Source of the DNA: an uncultured bacterium
GTDB taxonomy: Bacteria > Patescibacteriota > Minisyncoccia > Phycocordibacterales > UBA9973
DNA length: 45,144 nt
NCBI GenBank assembly: GCA_903894955.1
Contig: CAITSA010000004.1
Location: forward strand, 1 to 45,144
Direction: 5' to 3'
Shown here piece by piece: positions 34,651 to 44,153 of this stretch. The notes under the pieces were generated by a model that had not been told where the DNA came from, made no database searches, and saw nothing but the letters and a program-made list of their open reading frames with translations. Each line of letters opens with the position of its first letter. Position 1 is the stretch's first letter. The translations under genes and the position numbers were made by a program.

Positions 34651-35016
34651 ATGGACACCTGTATTTTTTGTAAAATTATAAAAAAAGAAATACCAGCTAA
34701 GATAGTTTACGAAGATAAAGATTTTTTGGCTTTTTTAGATATCAAACCAATGGGTCCAGGACATACCCAGATAATACCCAAAAAACATTACCGCTGGGTT
34801 TGGGACGTACCTAATGTTGGAGAATATTTTGAAGTTGCTAAAAAAATAGCCTTAGCTCAGAAAAAAGCATTTAATGCAGACCTTATACGTTCACAAATTT
34901 ACGGTGAAGAAATATCTCATGCTCACATTTGGGTCTGGCCAGATACCGTAGGTGACGAAAAAGATTTTGAGGGCAATGCAGAGAAAATTATTTCTTCTCT
35001 TCAATTAATGCCTTAA
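34651..35016 (+). CDS. HIT family protein
   Basis: CIFCKII, AFLDIKP..PGHT.IIPKKH, HAHIW; ATG 34651; 3' end overlaps pgk by 29 nt. Confidence 0.92.
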   Translation: MDTCIFCKIIKKEIPAKIVYEDKDFLAFLDIKPMGPGHTQIIPKKHYRWVWDVPNVGEYFEVAKKIALAQKKAFNADLIRSQIYGEEISHAHIWVWPDTVGDEKDFEGNAEKIISSLQLMP

Positions 35017-36217
35017 GTGCTGGAAGCTCTTTTCCAGCTAAAAATTCTAAGGTTGCCCCTCCCGCTAGACTCACGTGCGAATAGTCCTCTAAGTTTCCAT
35101 ATCTGCAAGCAACGTCAATTGTATCTCCACCAGCAATAATTGTTTTACCTGAAAATTCTTTACTGAGATTTTTCATAGCGTTCAAAACAGCCCTGGATCC
35201 TTGAGCAAATTTTTCGTCTTCAAATTTTCCCATCGGGCCTCCCAGAAAAACAGTTTTAGATTTTTTTATAATGTCTGAAAATAATTTTTGAGTTTTGGGA
35301 CCAATATCTAGAGCCATCCATTGATCTGGCACTCCATCACTTAAAATATCAATAACTTTAACGGAAGTTCCATCAGAAACGACGAGGTCCTCTGGACAAA
35401 CAATTTTATCTTTATGGAATTGTAGTATTTCTTTTGCATAAATAACCCAATCTTTTTTTTCACGTCTTTTTTCGTCTACAAAAACATCCTCAATAAATGA
35501 GGCTCCAAGTTCTCGGCCTTGTGCTTTCAGAAAAACATGAGCTAACGCTCCACCCACCAAAACTTTATCTGCTATTTTTAATAAATTATTTACAGCATCA
35601 ACTTTATCTGAAATTTTTGCTCCACCAATAATGACCGTAAAAGGTCTTGGTGGATTCTCTATTAAATTAGAGAGCATTTCAACTTCATGTTGTAAATAAA
35701 GTCCAGCTACTGAAGGTAAATGTCTTTCAATTCCAGTTGTTGAAGCATGAATTCTCATCGCTTGAGGAAATCCATCAAAAACAATAAGGTCTTTACCCTT
35801 GCAAAGCTGTTTTGCAAAGTCGTCATTGTCGTCTGTCTCTTCTTTGTAAAAGCGAACATTTTCAAGCATTAAAATATCACCCTGTTTCATTTGAGAAATT
35901 TTTTCATCTACTTCTCTCCCGATACAATCATCTACTTTAGTAACTGGATGGTTTAAAAGCAAAGAAAGTCTTTTGGCATGAGGACCCGTGCGAAGATTCT
36001 CTACAATTTGACCATTAGGACGTCCCACATAAGTAAGAATTACAATTTTACAATTTTCTTTTAATAAATATTGGATAGTTGGAAGAGTGGCCTTAATTCG
36101 CATGTCATCTGATAATTCTAAAATACCATTTTTTTCTTCTACATCAATATCATAAGGAGCTCTATATAAAATAGTTTTGTTGCTTAAATTTACACTGTCC
36201 AAGGTTTTGAGTTTCAT
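34988..36217 (-). CDS. pgk: Phosphoglycerate kinase (divergent N-domain motifs)
   Basis: LENVRFY, IIGGAKISDK, LDIGPKT, GPMGKFE, GGDT, GGATLEFLAGKELPAL; follows tpiA. Confidence 0.93.
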   Translation of the reverse strand: MKLKTLDSVNLSNKTILYRAPYDIDVEEKNGILELSDDMRIKATLPTIQYLLKENCKIVILTYVGRPNGQIVENLRTGPHAKRLSLLLNHPVTKVDDCIGREVDEKISQMKQGDILMLENVRFYKEETDDNDDFAKQLCKGKDLIVFDGFPQAMRIHASTTGIERHLPSVAGLYLQHEVEMLSNLIENPPRPFTVIIGGAKISDKVDAVNNLLKIADKVLVGGALAHVFLKAQGRELGASFIEDVFVDEKRREKKDWVIYAKEILQFHKDKIVCPEDLVVSDGTSVKVIDILSDGVPDQWMALDIGPKTQKLFSDIIKKSKTVFLGGPMGKFEDEKFAQGSRAVLNAMKNLSKEFSGKTIIAGGDTIDVACRYGNLEDYSHVSLAGGATLEFLAGKELPALKALIEEKK

Positions 36218-36239
36218 ATTTATTGGTAAAATTTCATTT

Positions 36240-37004
36240 TCATAAATTTTCAGCAATCTTAATAATATTCAAAAACTTTTTTGCATCCAAACTAGCCCGA
36301 CCGGGGAGCAAGCCATCTACTCCTCCGTTTTTCAAAAAATCCTCAGTATCTCTTTCGTTAACTCCTCCACCATAAATAATTCTGACCGTTCCAGCCTCTG
36401 CCCCAAATTTATCAGACAGAATCTTGCGAATAAAAATAACCATCTCTCTAGAATCGGCAGAGGTAGCATCTTTACGATTAAGGGTACTTGAAAGCGCCCA
36501 AACCGGTTCGTAGGCAATAATGACTTTTGAAATTGAATTTTTAGAAATTCCAATCAAACATTCTTCTAACTGTGTTTTAACTAAATTAAAATAACTATGC
36601 TCTTCATCACGGACACTTTCTCCTACGCATAGGATTGGTACGAGACTAGAAGTAAGTGCTCCTTTTATTTTTTTATTTATATCCTGATTGTTTTCTCCAA
36701 TTGTTCGTCTTTCTGAATGACCTAATATGACATATCGAACACCAACATTATAAAGCATCTCTCCAGATACTTCTCCGGTATATGCCCCCACTTCACCCCA
36801 AAATGAATCCTGAGCACCAAGTTTTATTTTACTGGTTCTAATTTTTTTTAATCTCTCTAAATATAAAAAGGGCGGACAAATAACAACTTCTGTTTTTTTA
36901 ATAGAAGACATACCTTTCGCCACACCGCTAAATAACTTTTCCGCTTCTTTGAGCGTAAGCGGATTCATTTTCCAATTTCCGATGATAATTTTCTTATTGA
37001 GCAT
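36240..37004 (-). CDS. tpiA: Triosephosphate isomerase
   Basis: GNWKMN, GAYTGEVS, GHSERR, AYEPVWA. Confidence 0.97.
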   Translation of the reverse strand: MLNKKIIIGNWKMNPLTLKEAEKLFSGVAKGMSSIKKTEVVICPPFLYLERLKKIRTSKIKLGAQDSFWGEVGAYTGEVSGEMLYNVGVRYVILGHSERRTIGENNQDINKKIKGALTSSLVPILCVGESVRDEEHSYFNLVKTQLEECLIGISKNSISKVIIAYEPVWALSSTLNRKDATSADSREMVIFIRKILSDKFGAEAGTVRIIYGGGVNERDTEDFLKNGGVDGLLPGRASLDAKKFLNIIKIAENL

Positions 37005-37045
37005 ATAGCAAATTATATCATAATGCGTTAAAATATAAATAACTT

Positions 37046-38368
37046 ATGAAGTATGCTAACCAAAAGGGGTTTACCTTAATTGAAATGTTAGTTGGAAGTG
37101 CTGTCTTCGTTGTTATCGCACTTGCTGCCTATCAAGCTTTTAGTGTATTAATGGCTACCACTTTATATACTCGAATAAAAGTATCCGCTACCGAGTTAGC
37201 AAATGAAAGATTTGAAATTATTCGTAATTTGCCTTATAGCGATGTTGGAATAGTAGGAGGGCTACCTGTAGGTAAAATTGTGCGGGTTCAAAATATTACA
37301 CGAGATAATTATTCTTTTACCGTCCAAACGACAATTAGAAGTGTTGATGACCCTTTTGATGGAACCATCGGGGGTAGTCCTAATGATACTTCACCGGCTG
37401 ATTATAAATTAGTAGATTTAGATATAACATGTTCTAGTTGTAAAAATTTTTCTACCTTAAGTTTCACCACACTAATTGCTCCGCATGCACTAGAAACTGC
37501 CTCTACGAATGGAGCTCTCTATATGAGAGTAATTGACTCAAGTGGTATAGCTGTCCCGTCCGCTTCTTTCCATATAGTCAACACCCACACAAGTCCAGCT
37601 ACTGTTATAGACGAAACCACAGATAACACAGGATGGGTTAAAATAATTGATGCACCACCAGGCACGAATGTTTATAATATCAGCGCCACAAAATCAGGAT
37701 ACACCACAGACCAGACATATCCTATCGGTGGAGCTGCTGGAGCAAATCCTGTAAAACCAGACGCGACTGTTGTAACCAAACAAGTAACTCAAACTAGTTT
37801 TGCAATAGATAGAACTAGTTCACTTACAATTAATACAGTAAACTCTTCATGCGTAGCTTTACCTTCTATTGGATTTTCTTTGACTGGAACAAAATTAATT
37901 GGTACCAATGTCTTTAAATACCCAACACATAATTTCACCACAGATTCTGCTGGTAATTATAGTCTCCCTAGCTTAGAGTGGGATACTTATTCAGCCTTAC
38001 TTACTTCCGCTTCATACGATTTAGCTGGTACAACTCCTCTACCAACTTTTGGAATAAACCCAAACGAAAGTAAAAACCTGCAATTAATAGCCGTTCCTCA
38101 TTTAAATAGAGCCCTGTTGGTTTCTGTCAAAACATCCGCAGGAGTGACCATAGATGGCGCCACTGTTCGTCTGCAAAAGAGTGGATTTGACCAAACGCAA
38201 ACAACAAATTCTGGTTCATGTGCGACCCCAGGGCAAGTTTTTTGGAATGGACTAACAAACGGAACATATACTTTAACTGTTACCAAAACAGGCTATCAAA
38301 CAAACACCATTGCAAGTTATTCTGTCTCCTCTACTTGGCAAAATTTAAATGTAACTTTGACTCCTTAA
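37046..38368 (+). CDS. Prepilin-type (PilV-like) minor pilin with carboxypeptidase-regulatory-like domains
   Basis: QKG|FTLIE class III signal; YNISATKSGY and YTLTVTKTGY beta-sandwich repeats. Confidence 0.85.
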   Translation: MKYANQKGFTLIEMLVGSAVFVVIALAAYQAFSVLMATTLYTRIKVSATELANERFEIIRNLPYSDVGIVGGLPVGKIVRVQNITRDNYSFTVQTTIRSVDDPFDGTIGGSPNDTSPADYKLVDLDITCSSCKNFSTLSFTTLIAPHALETASTNGALYMRVIDSSGIAVPSASFHIVNTHTSPATVIDETTDNTGWVKIIDAPPGTNVYNISATKSGYTTDQTYPIGGAAGANPVKPDATVVTKQVTQTSFAIDRTSSLTINTVNSSCVALPSIGFSLTGTKLIGTNVFKYPTHNFTTDSAGNYSLPSLEWDTYSALLTSASYDLAGTTPLPTFGINPNESKNLQLIAVPHLNRALLVSVKTSAGVTIDGATVRLQKSGFDQTQTTNSGSCATPGQVFWNGLTNGTYTLTVTKTGYQTNTIASYSVSSTWQNLNVTLTP

Positions 38369-38370
38369 AC

Positions 38371-38997
38371 ATGAATCATAAAATAAAAAATGATAGAACT
38401 GTCTCATTAAACCAAAGTGGATTTACTATTATCGAAACTCTTATTGGAATAGCAATTTTTATTTTAATAGTTGGAGTACTAACTCTTTTTTCAAAAAATA
38501 TATGGACATACAATTCTATCATAAACTCAGAACTCACTTCTGTGAACACTAACCGAATAGCTTTAAAAACTATGGTGGCAGAAATTCGTACAGCCTCTTC
38601 TGGAAGCAATGGAGCCTACGCTATTAGTCTCGCTAATTCAACAAGTTTTACTTTTTATTCTGATATATATGACAATGGATTAAAAGAAAAAATAAGATAC
38701 TTTTTAAACGGAACAAATTTACAAAAAGGTGTAATAGTTCCAACTGGAAGCCCTCTTGCTTATACCGGAAATGAGGTTATTACTACTATGGTGCCTTATG
38801 TTACCAACTCTTCTATTTTTGATTACTATGATGAAAATTACGATGGCACAACAGCTCCATTAGGAGCACCCGTAGATATATCAGAGATAAGATTAGTAAA
38901 AATAACTGTTACTACTAATAATAATCCTGGCAGATCAGCTTCACCTATAACAATATCTTCACAGGTAACACTCCGAAATATAAAAGATAATTTATGA
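38371..38997 (+). CDS. Prepilin-type (PilW/GspJ-like) minor pilin
   Basis: QSG|FTIIE, AEIRTA, IRLVKITV, SSQVTLRN; ATG 38371. Confidence 0.85.
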   Translation: MNHKIKNDRTVSLNQSGFTIIETLIGIAIFILIVGVLTLFSKNIWTYNSIINSELTSVNTNRIALKTMVAEIRTASSGSNGAYAISLANSTSFTFYSDIYDNGLKEKIRYFLNGTNLQKGVIVPTGSPLAYTGNEVITTMVPYVTNSSIFDYYDENYDGTTAPLGAPVDISEIRLVKITVTTNNNPGRSASPITISSQVTLRNIKDNL

Positions 38998-40445
38998 CAA
39001 ATATTAAAAAAAATAATGGAATAATTATAGAACAAGTATTAGTCTTTGGATCTGTGGCCATGATAGTTATCAGCGCCTTGGCTAGTTTCGCCGCTACTAC
39101 AGTAAGAGCCAGTAGAGAAACTTTCAATCGTGAACAAGCCTTTCAATCAGCTGAAGCTGGGATAGATTATTATCGATGGCATTTGGCGCACGCTTCAACT
39201 GATTTTCAAGACGGTACAGGCACAGCTGGTCCCTATGTTCATTCATTAAAAGATAAAGATGGAAACACGGTTGGACAATTTTCTCTGACGATTACTCCCC
39301 CTACTCAAGGTTACACATTAGTTAAAATAAAATCTTCCGGTTCATCATCTCTAGACCCTACACAGACGAGAACAATCTTAACTCAGGTCGCTAAACCATC
39401 CATTGCCGAACACTCTTTTGCTGGAAATAGCGCAATGCGTTTCGGAACAGGTACAGAAGTTTTCGGATCTATATTTTCAAATGGAGGAATACGTTTTGAT
39501 GGAATTGCGCACAACCTAGTCAGTAGTGGTGTAGCAACTTATACAGACACTGACGGTGATGCTTGTACGACTAGTGATTCCTATGGAGTTCATACTTGCC
39601 TATCTCCCGCTGATCCAACATCACCAACTGCGCTTCCTAATCGTCCAGATGTATTTAATTCTGGACGCCAGATGAGTCAACCAACAATTGATTTTTCAGG
39701 CTTTACTGCTGATATTGGAAGTTTAAAAACAATTGCTCAAGCAACTGGATTCTATAGAGATGCAGCTGGAACTGGTTTTGTTGGTTATCATATAGTTTTA
39801 AAAACAAATGATACTTTTGATTTATATAAAATAAATTCATGGGCAAGCGTAGGTAATTGCGATAACTCAGGTTCTGAAGATTTAAGTTGGAGTATTGGCA
39901 CCCAAACCTTGCAAGGCAATTATGCTTTTCCTATAAATGGAATAATTTTTATCCAAGACCATTTAGTAGTTGATGGACAAATAAATGGGGTCCGACTGAC
40001 TATCACGGCTGCTCTTTTGCCTGAACCATCTGACACAACTAAATTTAAAAATATAATAATAAATAATGATTTATCTTATACCAACTACGATGGCACGGAC
40101 TCTATCGGCCTAGTGGCACAAGGTGGAGTGATGGTTGGAATGATTAGCGATGATAATTTAAAAATAGATGGGGCATTAATGGCTCAACACAACAAGGTCG
40201 GAAGATTTTTTTATTCGGGAAGCGGTTGTACTTATGGACATCGTTCAATTATTTCACTCTATGGAATGATTGCTTCTTATTCCAGATATGGGTTCGCTTT
40301 CGTAGATAGTCATGGAAATTTTTCTTCTGGTTATGTAACCAGAAACATAAATTATGATGCGAATTTGCTTTATGCTCCACCACCTGAATTCCCCCTTACT
40401 TCTGATCAATATCAGATCCTCTCATGGCAAGAAGTCAAAAATTAA
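38994..40445 (+). CDS. PilX/GspK-like minor pilin
   Basis: NG|IIIEQVL hydrophobic N-helix, QAFQSAEAGIDYY, C-terminal YD..L...PPP.FP and SWQE; ATGA overlap with upstream pilin. Confidence 0.8.
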   Translation: MTNIKKNNGIIIEQVLVFGSVAMIVISALASFAATTVRASRETFNREQAFQSAEAGIDYYRWHLAHASTDFQDGTGTAGPYVHSLKDKDGNTVGQFSLTITPPTQGYTLVKIKSSGSSSLDPTQTRTILTQVAKPSIAEHSFAGNSAMRFGTGTEVFGSIFSNGGIRFDGIAHNLVSSGVATYTDTDGDACTTSDSYGVHTCLSPADPTSPTALPNRPDVFNSGRQMSQPTIDFSGFTADIGSLKTIAQATGFYRDAAGTGFVGYHIVLKTNDTFDLYKINSWASVGNCDNSGSEDLSWSIGTQTLQGNYAFPINGIIFIQDHLVVDGQINGVRLTITAALLPEPSDTTKFKNIIINNDLSYTNYDGTDSIGLVAQGGVMVGMISDDNLKIDGALMAQHNKVGRFFYSGSGCTYGHRSIISLYGMIASYSRYGFAFVDSHGNFSSGYVTRNINYDANLLYAPPPEFPLTSDQYQILSWQEVKN

Positions 40446-41659
40446 TTTATACTTCCTAAAATTGAATAAAGTGGCGAAATCATGGAAATAGCAAAAAATC
40501 CAACTCCTGCACCGATAACAATCATCAATAATGGTTCAATAATAGTGGAAAGATTTTTAGTTTTATTTTCAACTTCACCTTCATAAAACAAAGCAATCTC
40601 CAACAACATATCAGACAGTTTTCCGGTCTCTTCTCCAACTTGAATCATTTCTGACATCATGATGGGATACAAATTAACATTAGCTTCAAATGCACTAGAA
40701 AAGGGCTCACCTTTTTCTATCGCTCCCCTTGCTTCATTTAAAACTTTTTTATAATAAGTATTTTGAACCACATCTTGCGTTATTTCGATTGCTCGCGTTA
40801 AAGAAACACCAGAAATCAAAAGTGAAGAGATGGTACGTGCTGTACGAGCAGAATTTAATTCTTTTGTTAAATTATTTACAACTGGAACTTTTAAGACAAT
40901 AAAATCAATATAAGATGCCAACATCTGGGATCGAAAAATGAAATATAAGCCACAACCTATCCCAAACAAAAGTACAAAAGTGAAGACTAAATTATGTGAA
41001 AAGAAATTACCACAAAAAATCAACAGTCTAGTAGAGAAAGGTAGAACAACCCCAAGTTCTTTAAAAGTACTCGCTAAGGTGGGTACCACAAAAGCAAACA
41101 GCAAAACGCCAATAACAATCATGGCTGACATAATTATCCCGGGATAGATAAGCGCTCCTTTTATTTTTTTATTCAAAGAATTCGACTTTTCTAAATTCAA
41201 TCCAATATCCGAGAGAGCACCAGCAAGATTTCCTGACTCTTCTCCGGCTCGGACCATGGAAATAAAAAGTTTTGAAAAAACATCAGGAAATTTTGAAAGG
41301 GCGGAAGAAAAAGTTTCCCCAGAATCTATGTCATTGGCCATCGAAGTTAAAATTTTACCAAGTTTTGGATTTTTTGTTTGTTTTTTTAAAACAGACAAAG
41401 CCCTAGAGAGAGAAAGTCCCGCCTTAATCATTCCACTTAAATTTTTAGTGAAAATAATCAGCTCTGCATTCTTCACTTTTGAAAAAATGCCAGCTAATGC
41501 TGAAAATTTACTAAGAAAATCTTGGTTTTTTTCGGTAATTGATAATGGAACGCAACCCCGAGAACGTAATTCACGAGCCAGAGCATAGCGATCAGTCGCT
41601 TCTAGAATGCTTTCAAAAATTTCTCCTGTCTTTGATTTTGCGCTGTATGTAAAAAGCAT
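40442..41659 (-). CDS. pilC: Type IV pilus / T2SS platform protein (PilC/GspF)
   Basis: AGEESGNL, ALIYP, VGEETGKL, IIEPLL. Confidence 0.95.
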   Translation of the reverse strand: MLFTYSAKSKTGEIFESILEATDRYALARELRSRGCVPLSITEKNQDFLSKFSALAGIFSKVKNAELIIFTKNLSGMIKAGLSLSRALSVLKKQTKNPKLGKILTSMANDIDSGETFSSALSKFPDVFSKLFISMVRAGEESGNLAGALSDIGLNLEKSNSLNKKIKGALIYPGIIMSAMIVIGVLLFAFVVPTLASTFKELGVVLPFSTRLLIFCGNFFSHNLVFTFVLLFGIGCGLYFIFRSQMLASYIDFIVLKVPVVNNLTKELNSARTARTISSLLISGVSLTRAIEITQDVVQNTYYKKVLNEARGAIEKGEPFSSAFEANVNLYPIMMSEMIQVGEETGKLSDMLLEIALFYEGEVENKTKNLSTIIEPLLMIVIGAGVGFFAISMISPLYSILGSIN

Positions 41660-41661
41660 AA

Positions 41662-41928
41662 TTATTTAACTATCAACTTTAAACCAAGACCATTCGTTAT
41701 TTTTTGAACAAACGAAAGAGTTGGATTAATGTTGCCAGTTTCAAAACGAGCAAGAGCTGATTGGGTTACCCCTATCTTTTGAGCTAATTTTCTCTGGGAC
41801 ATACCTTTTTTATTTCTAGAAATTATAAGGGCTCGAATTATTTGAAATTCTGGTTGCATCTCAGTGTAAGCTTTTCTTACTCCAGGTCTTTTAAATGCTT
41901 CTTTTTTGAATTGTTCTAAAGTTTTCAT
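41662..41928 (-). CDS. XRE/HTH antitoxin (HigA-like)
   Basis: GMSQRKLAQKIGVTQSALARFETG..NPTL; directly downstream of the toxin. Confidence 0.88.
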   Translation of the reverse strand: MKTLEQFKKEAFKRPGVRKAYTEMQPEFQIIRALIISRNKKGMSQRKLAQKIGVTQSALARFETGNINPTLSFVQKITNGLGLKLIVK

Positions 41929-41954
41929 ATTTTCATGATATCATATATGCTATC

Positions 41955-42266
41955 TTATTGCAAGTAACTTAACCTATCAATAACTATTCTGAGCTCTTTT
42001 TTAGGTATTTTTTGACTTTTTTTAACAAAAGAATGTAACACCCAAATATTCTCATTATAAAAAGTATAAAATATCCTTATAGATAAATTTGATATTACTC
42101 TTAATTCATAAACATTTTTTGCTATTTTTTTGGATCTAGGAGGTCTGATTTTTTCACCTAATTCATCCAAAAGCTCAAGAGAATTTATAACTTTTGATAC
42201 AGTAGAATCATCAAATGATAATAAAAAAGTTTGAATGTCGTCTTTAATAAATCTTACTCTGTTCAT
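41955..42266 (-). CDS. RelE/ParE superfamily toxin (Gp49/HigB-like)
   Basis: PPRSKKI..NVYELRV, IRIFY, VLHSFVKKSQKIPKKEL. Confidence 0.88.
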   Translation of the reverse strand: MNRVRFIKDDIQTFLLSFDDSTVSKVINSLELLDELGEKIRPPRSKKIAKNVYELRVISNLSIRIFYTFYNENIWVLHSFVKKSQKIPKKELRIVIDRLSYLQ

Positions 42267-42292
42267 TTTAATTTCATTTATAATTTTTCAAC

Positions 42293-44086
42293 TTACTCCG
42301 AAACAACTCGAAATACTTCTTCTAAAGTGGTAACACCTAAAACTGCTTGGAAAACCCCGTCTTCAATCATGGTCATCATCCCCTCTTTTTTTGCCTGCAC
42401 TTCTATTTCATCCTGAGAACTTCCTTTGATCATCATTTCCCTTATCGTAGTGGTAACTTTTAATACTTCATGCATTCCAATACGACCTGAATATCCATCT
42501 TCAAATTCAGCACTTTTCACTGCTTTATAAAAAGGAATTTTATCCCAAGTACTATTCAGATCGACAACGTTTTCAGTTTTCAAAAACTCAAATACTCTAT
42601 CTAAATCAACAATTTTCGCAAGATTTTTTATCTCAGCTGATGATAAAAAATACTTTTCTTTATTAGAAATAAGTTTACGTACCAATCTTTGGGCAATAAT
42701 TGTTTTCACGGTGGCTGTTATTAAAAAAGGCTCAACTCCCATGTCCATTAGTCTTGGAATCGCGCCAGCAGCCGAATTAGTGTGAATAGTAGAAAGAACT
42801 AGATGCCCCGTCAGCGACGCATTAACTGCTAGTCCAGCTGTTTCACCATCACGAATTTCTCCCACCATGACAATATCTGGATCTTGACGCAACAATGAAC
42901 GAAGCCCATTAGCAAAAGTTAATCCAATTTCTGGTTTAACTTGTGTTTGATTAACTCTCGGCATTTGATATTCAATAGGATCTTCAACTGTTGAAATATT
43001 AACTTCCGGCCTATTCAAAAGATCCAGTAAGGTATAAAGAGTAGTTGTTTTACCACTTCCGGTCGGACCAGTCGCAAGCACCATACCAGTTTTTTGTTTC
43101 AATGAATTATGTATTCGCTCTAACCCTTCACCATGAAATCCAAGCACTTCTAAAGAAAAACCGTGAGCATTTTCTTTTAAGATTCTAATGACTGTTTTTT
43201 CCCCAAAAAAAGTTGGTAAAGTAGAAACACGAAAAGAAATTTTTTCTCCGTTTTGTTCTATTTTAAAGCGTCCATCTTGAGGTAATCTTTTTTCATCCAA
43301 TTTTAAATTGGACAATACTTTAATACGTGCAGTTATCCCAGAACCAGCATGTTTATCTAAAACCATCGCATCATGCAGAATGCCATCTATTCGATAACGT
43401 ACTGTGAGATCATTCTCCCCAGGCTCAATATGAATATCAGAAGCATTTTGCAAAATCGCGTGAAAAATCAAAGAATCAACTATTTTTATCACTGGCAAAC
43501 CTTCTGCCATTTCTTTTAATTCTAATTCCAATTCTGATTTTTCAGTAAAATTTTCTCCGTCTGTTTGATTCGATAAGTCTTTTTCCGAAGAAAGATTCAG
43601 CTTAGTACTTTCTTTTTGAATAATATCTTGAAATTCAGATTTCAAACTTTGCCGATATTGTACCAAAACAGACCTAATCGAAATAGTATCAGTCAGGCGA
43701 GGTAAAATTTTTAATCCAGAACGTTTTTTTATAAAATCAATCACTGACAAATCATCAACATCCAACATTGCTACTTCTAAAGTATTTTCATTTTTATCAC
43801 CTTTTTTATAAGCAATAATATTATAGTTGCGCGCAATCGGCTCTGGGATCAGAGATAGTACAGAAAAATCTATTTTCTGTTTATCTAAACTAACAAATGG
43901 AATTCCTAAAACAAAAGCCTCCATTCTTTTCAAATCCGTTTCAGATATCTTGCCAAGAGAAAGTAAAACATCACCTATCTTTTGTTTTTTAGTTTTAGCT
44001 TTTTGAAATGCCTCCTCAAGGTCTGTCTTAGACACAAGTTTGCCATCTAAAATAAATTTTTTTAATTGTTCTTCATCGATGGTCAT
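42293..44086 (-). CDS. pilB: Type IV pilus assembly ATPase (PilB/GspE)
   Basis: ASDIHIEP, RLPQDGR, GPTGSGKTT, LRQDPDIVMVGEIRD, TGHLVLSTIHTN. Confidence 0.96.
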   Translation of the reverse strand: MTIDEEQLKKFILDGKLVSKTDLEEAFQKAKTKKQKIGDVLLSLGKISETDLKRMEAFVLGIPFVSLDKQKIDFSVLSLIPEPIARNYNIIAYKKGDKNENTLEVAMLDVDDLSVIDFIKKRSGLKILPRLTDTISIRSVLVQYRQSLKSEFQDIIQKESTKLNLSSEKDLSNQTDGENFTEKSELELELKEMAEGLPVIKIVDSLIFHAILQNASDIHIEPGENDLTVRYRIDGILHDAMVLDKHAGSGITARIKVLSNLKLDEKRLPQDGRFKIEQNGEKISFRVSTLPTFFGEKTVIRILKENAHGFSLEVLGFHGEGLERIHNSLKQKTGMVLATGPTGSGKTTTLYTLLDLLNRPEVNISTVEDPIEYQMPRVNQTQVKPEIGLTFANGLRSLLRQDPDIVMVGEIRDGETAGLAVNASLTGHLVLSTIHTNSAAGAIPRLMDMGVEPFLITATVKTIIAQRLVRKLISNKEKYFLSSAEIKNLAKIVDLDRVFEFLKTENVVDLNSTWDKIPFYKAVKSAEFEDGYSGRIGMHEVLKVTTTIREMMIKGSSQDEIEVQAKKEGMMTMIEDGVFQAVLGVTTLEEVFRVVSE

Positions 44087-44097
44087 TAGTTAGATTA

Positions 44098-44135
44098 TAG
44101 CAAAAAAATCTACCGAGGGGTAGATTTTTTTGCTA
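44098..44135. terminator. Bidirectional intrinsic terminator-like hairpin
   Basis: Perfect 17-bp arms TAGCAAAAAAATCTACC / GGTAGATTTTTTTGCTA, 4-nt loop; lies downstream of the surface-protein gene. Confidence 0.8.
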
Positions 44136-44153
44136 ACTTTTATACTACAAAGA

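Noticed and set aside
38218-38370. 51-aa N-terminal extension of the second pilin
   Set aside because: Overlaps the previous gene; ATG 38371 gives a normal short prepilin leader.
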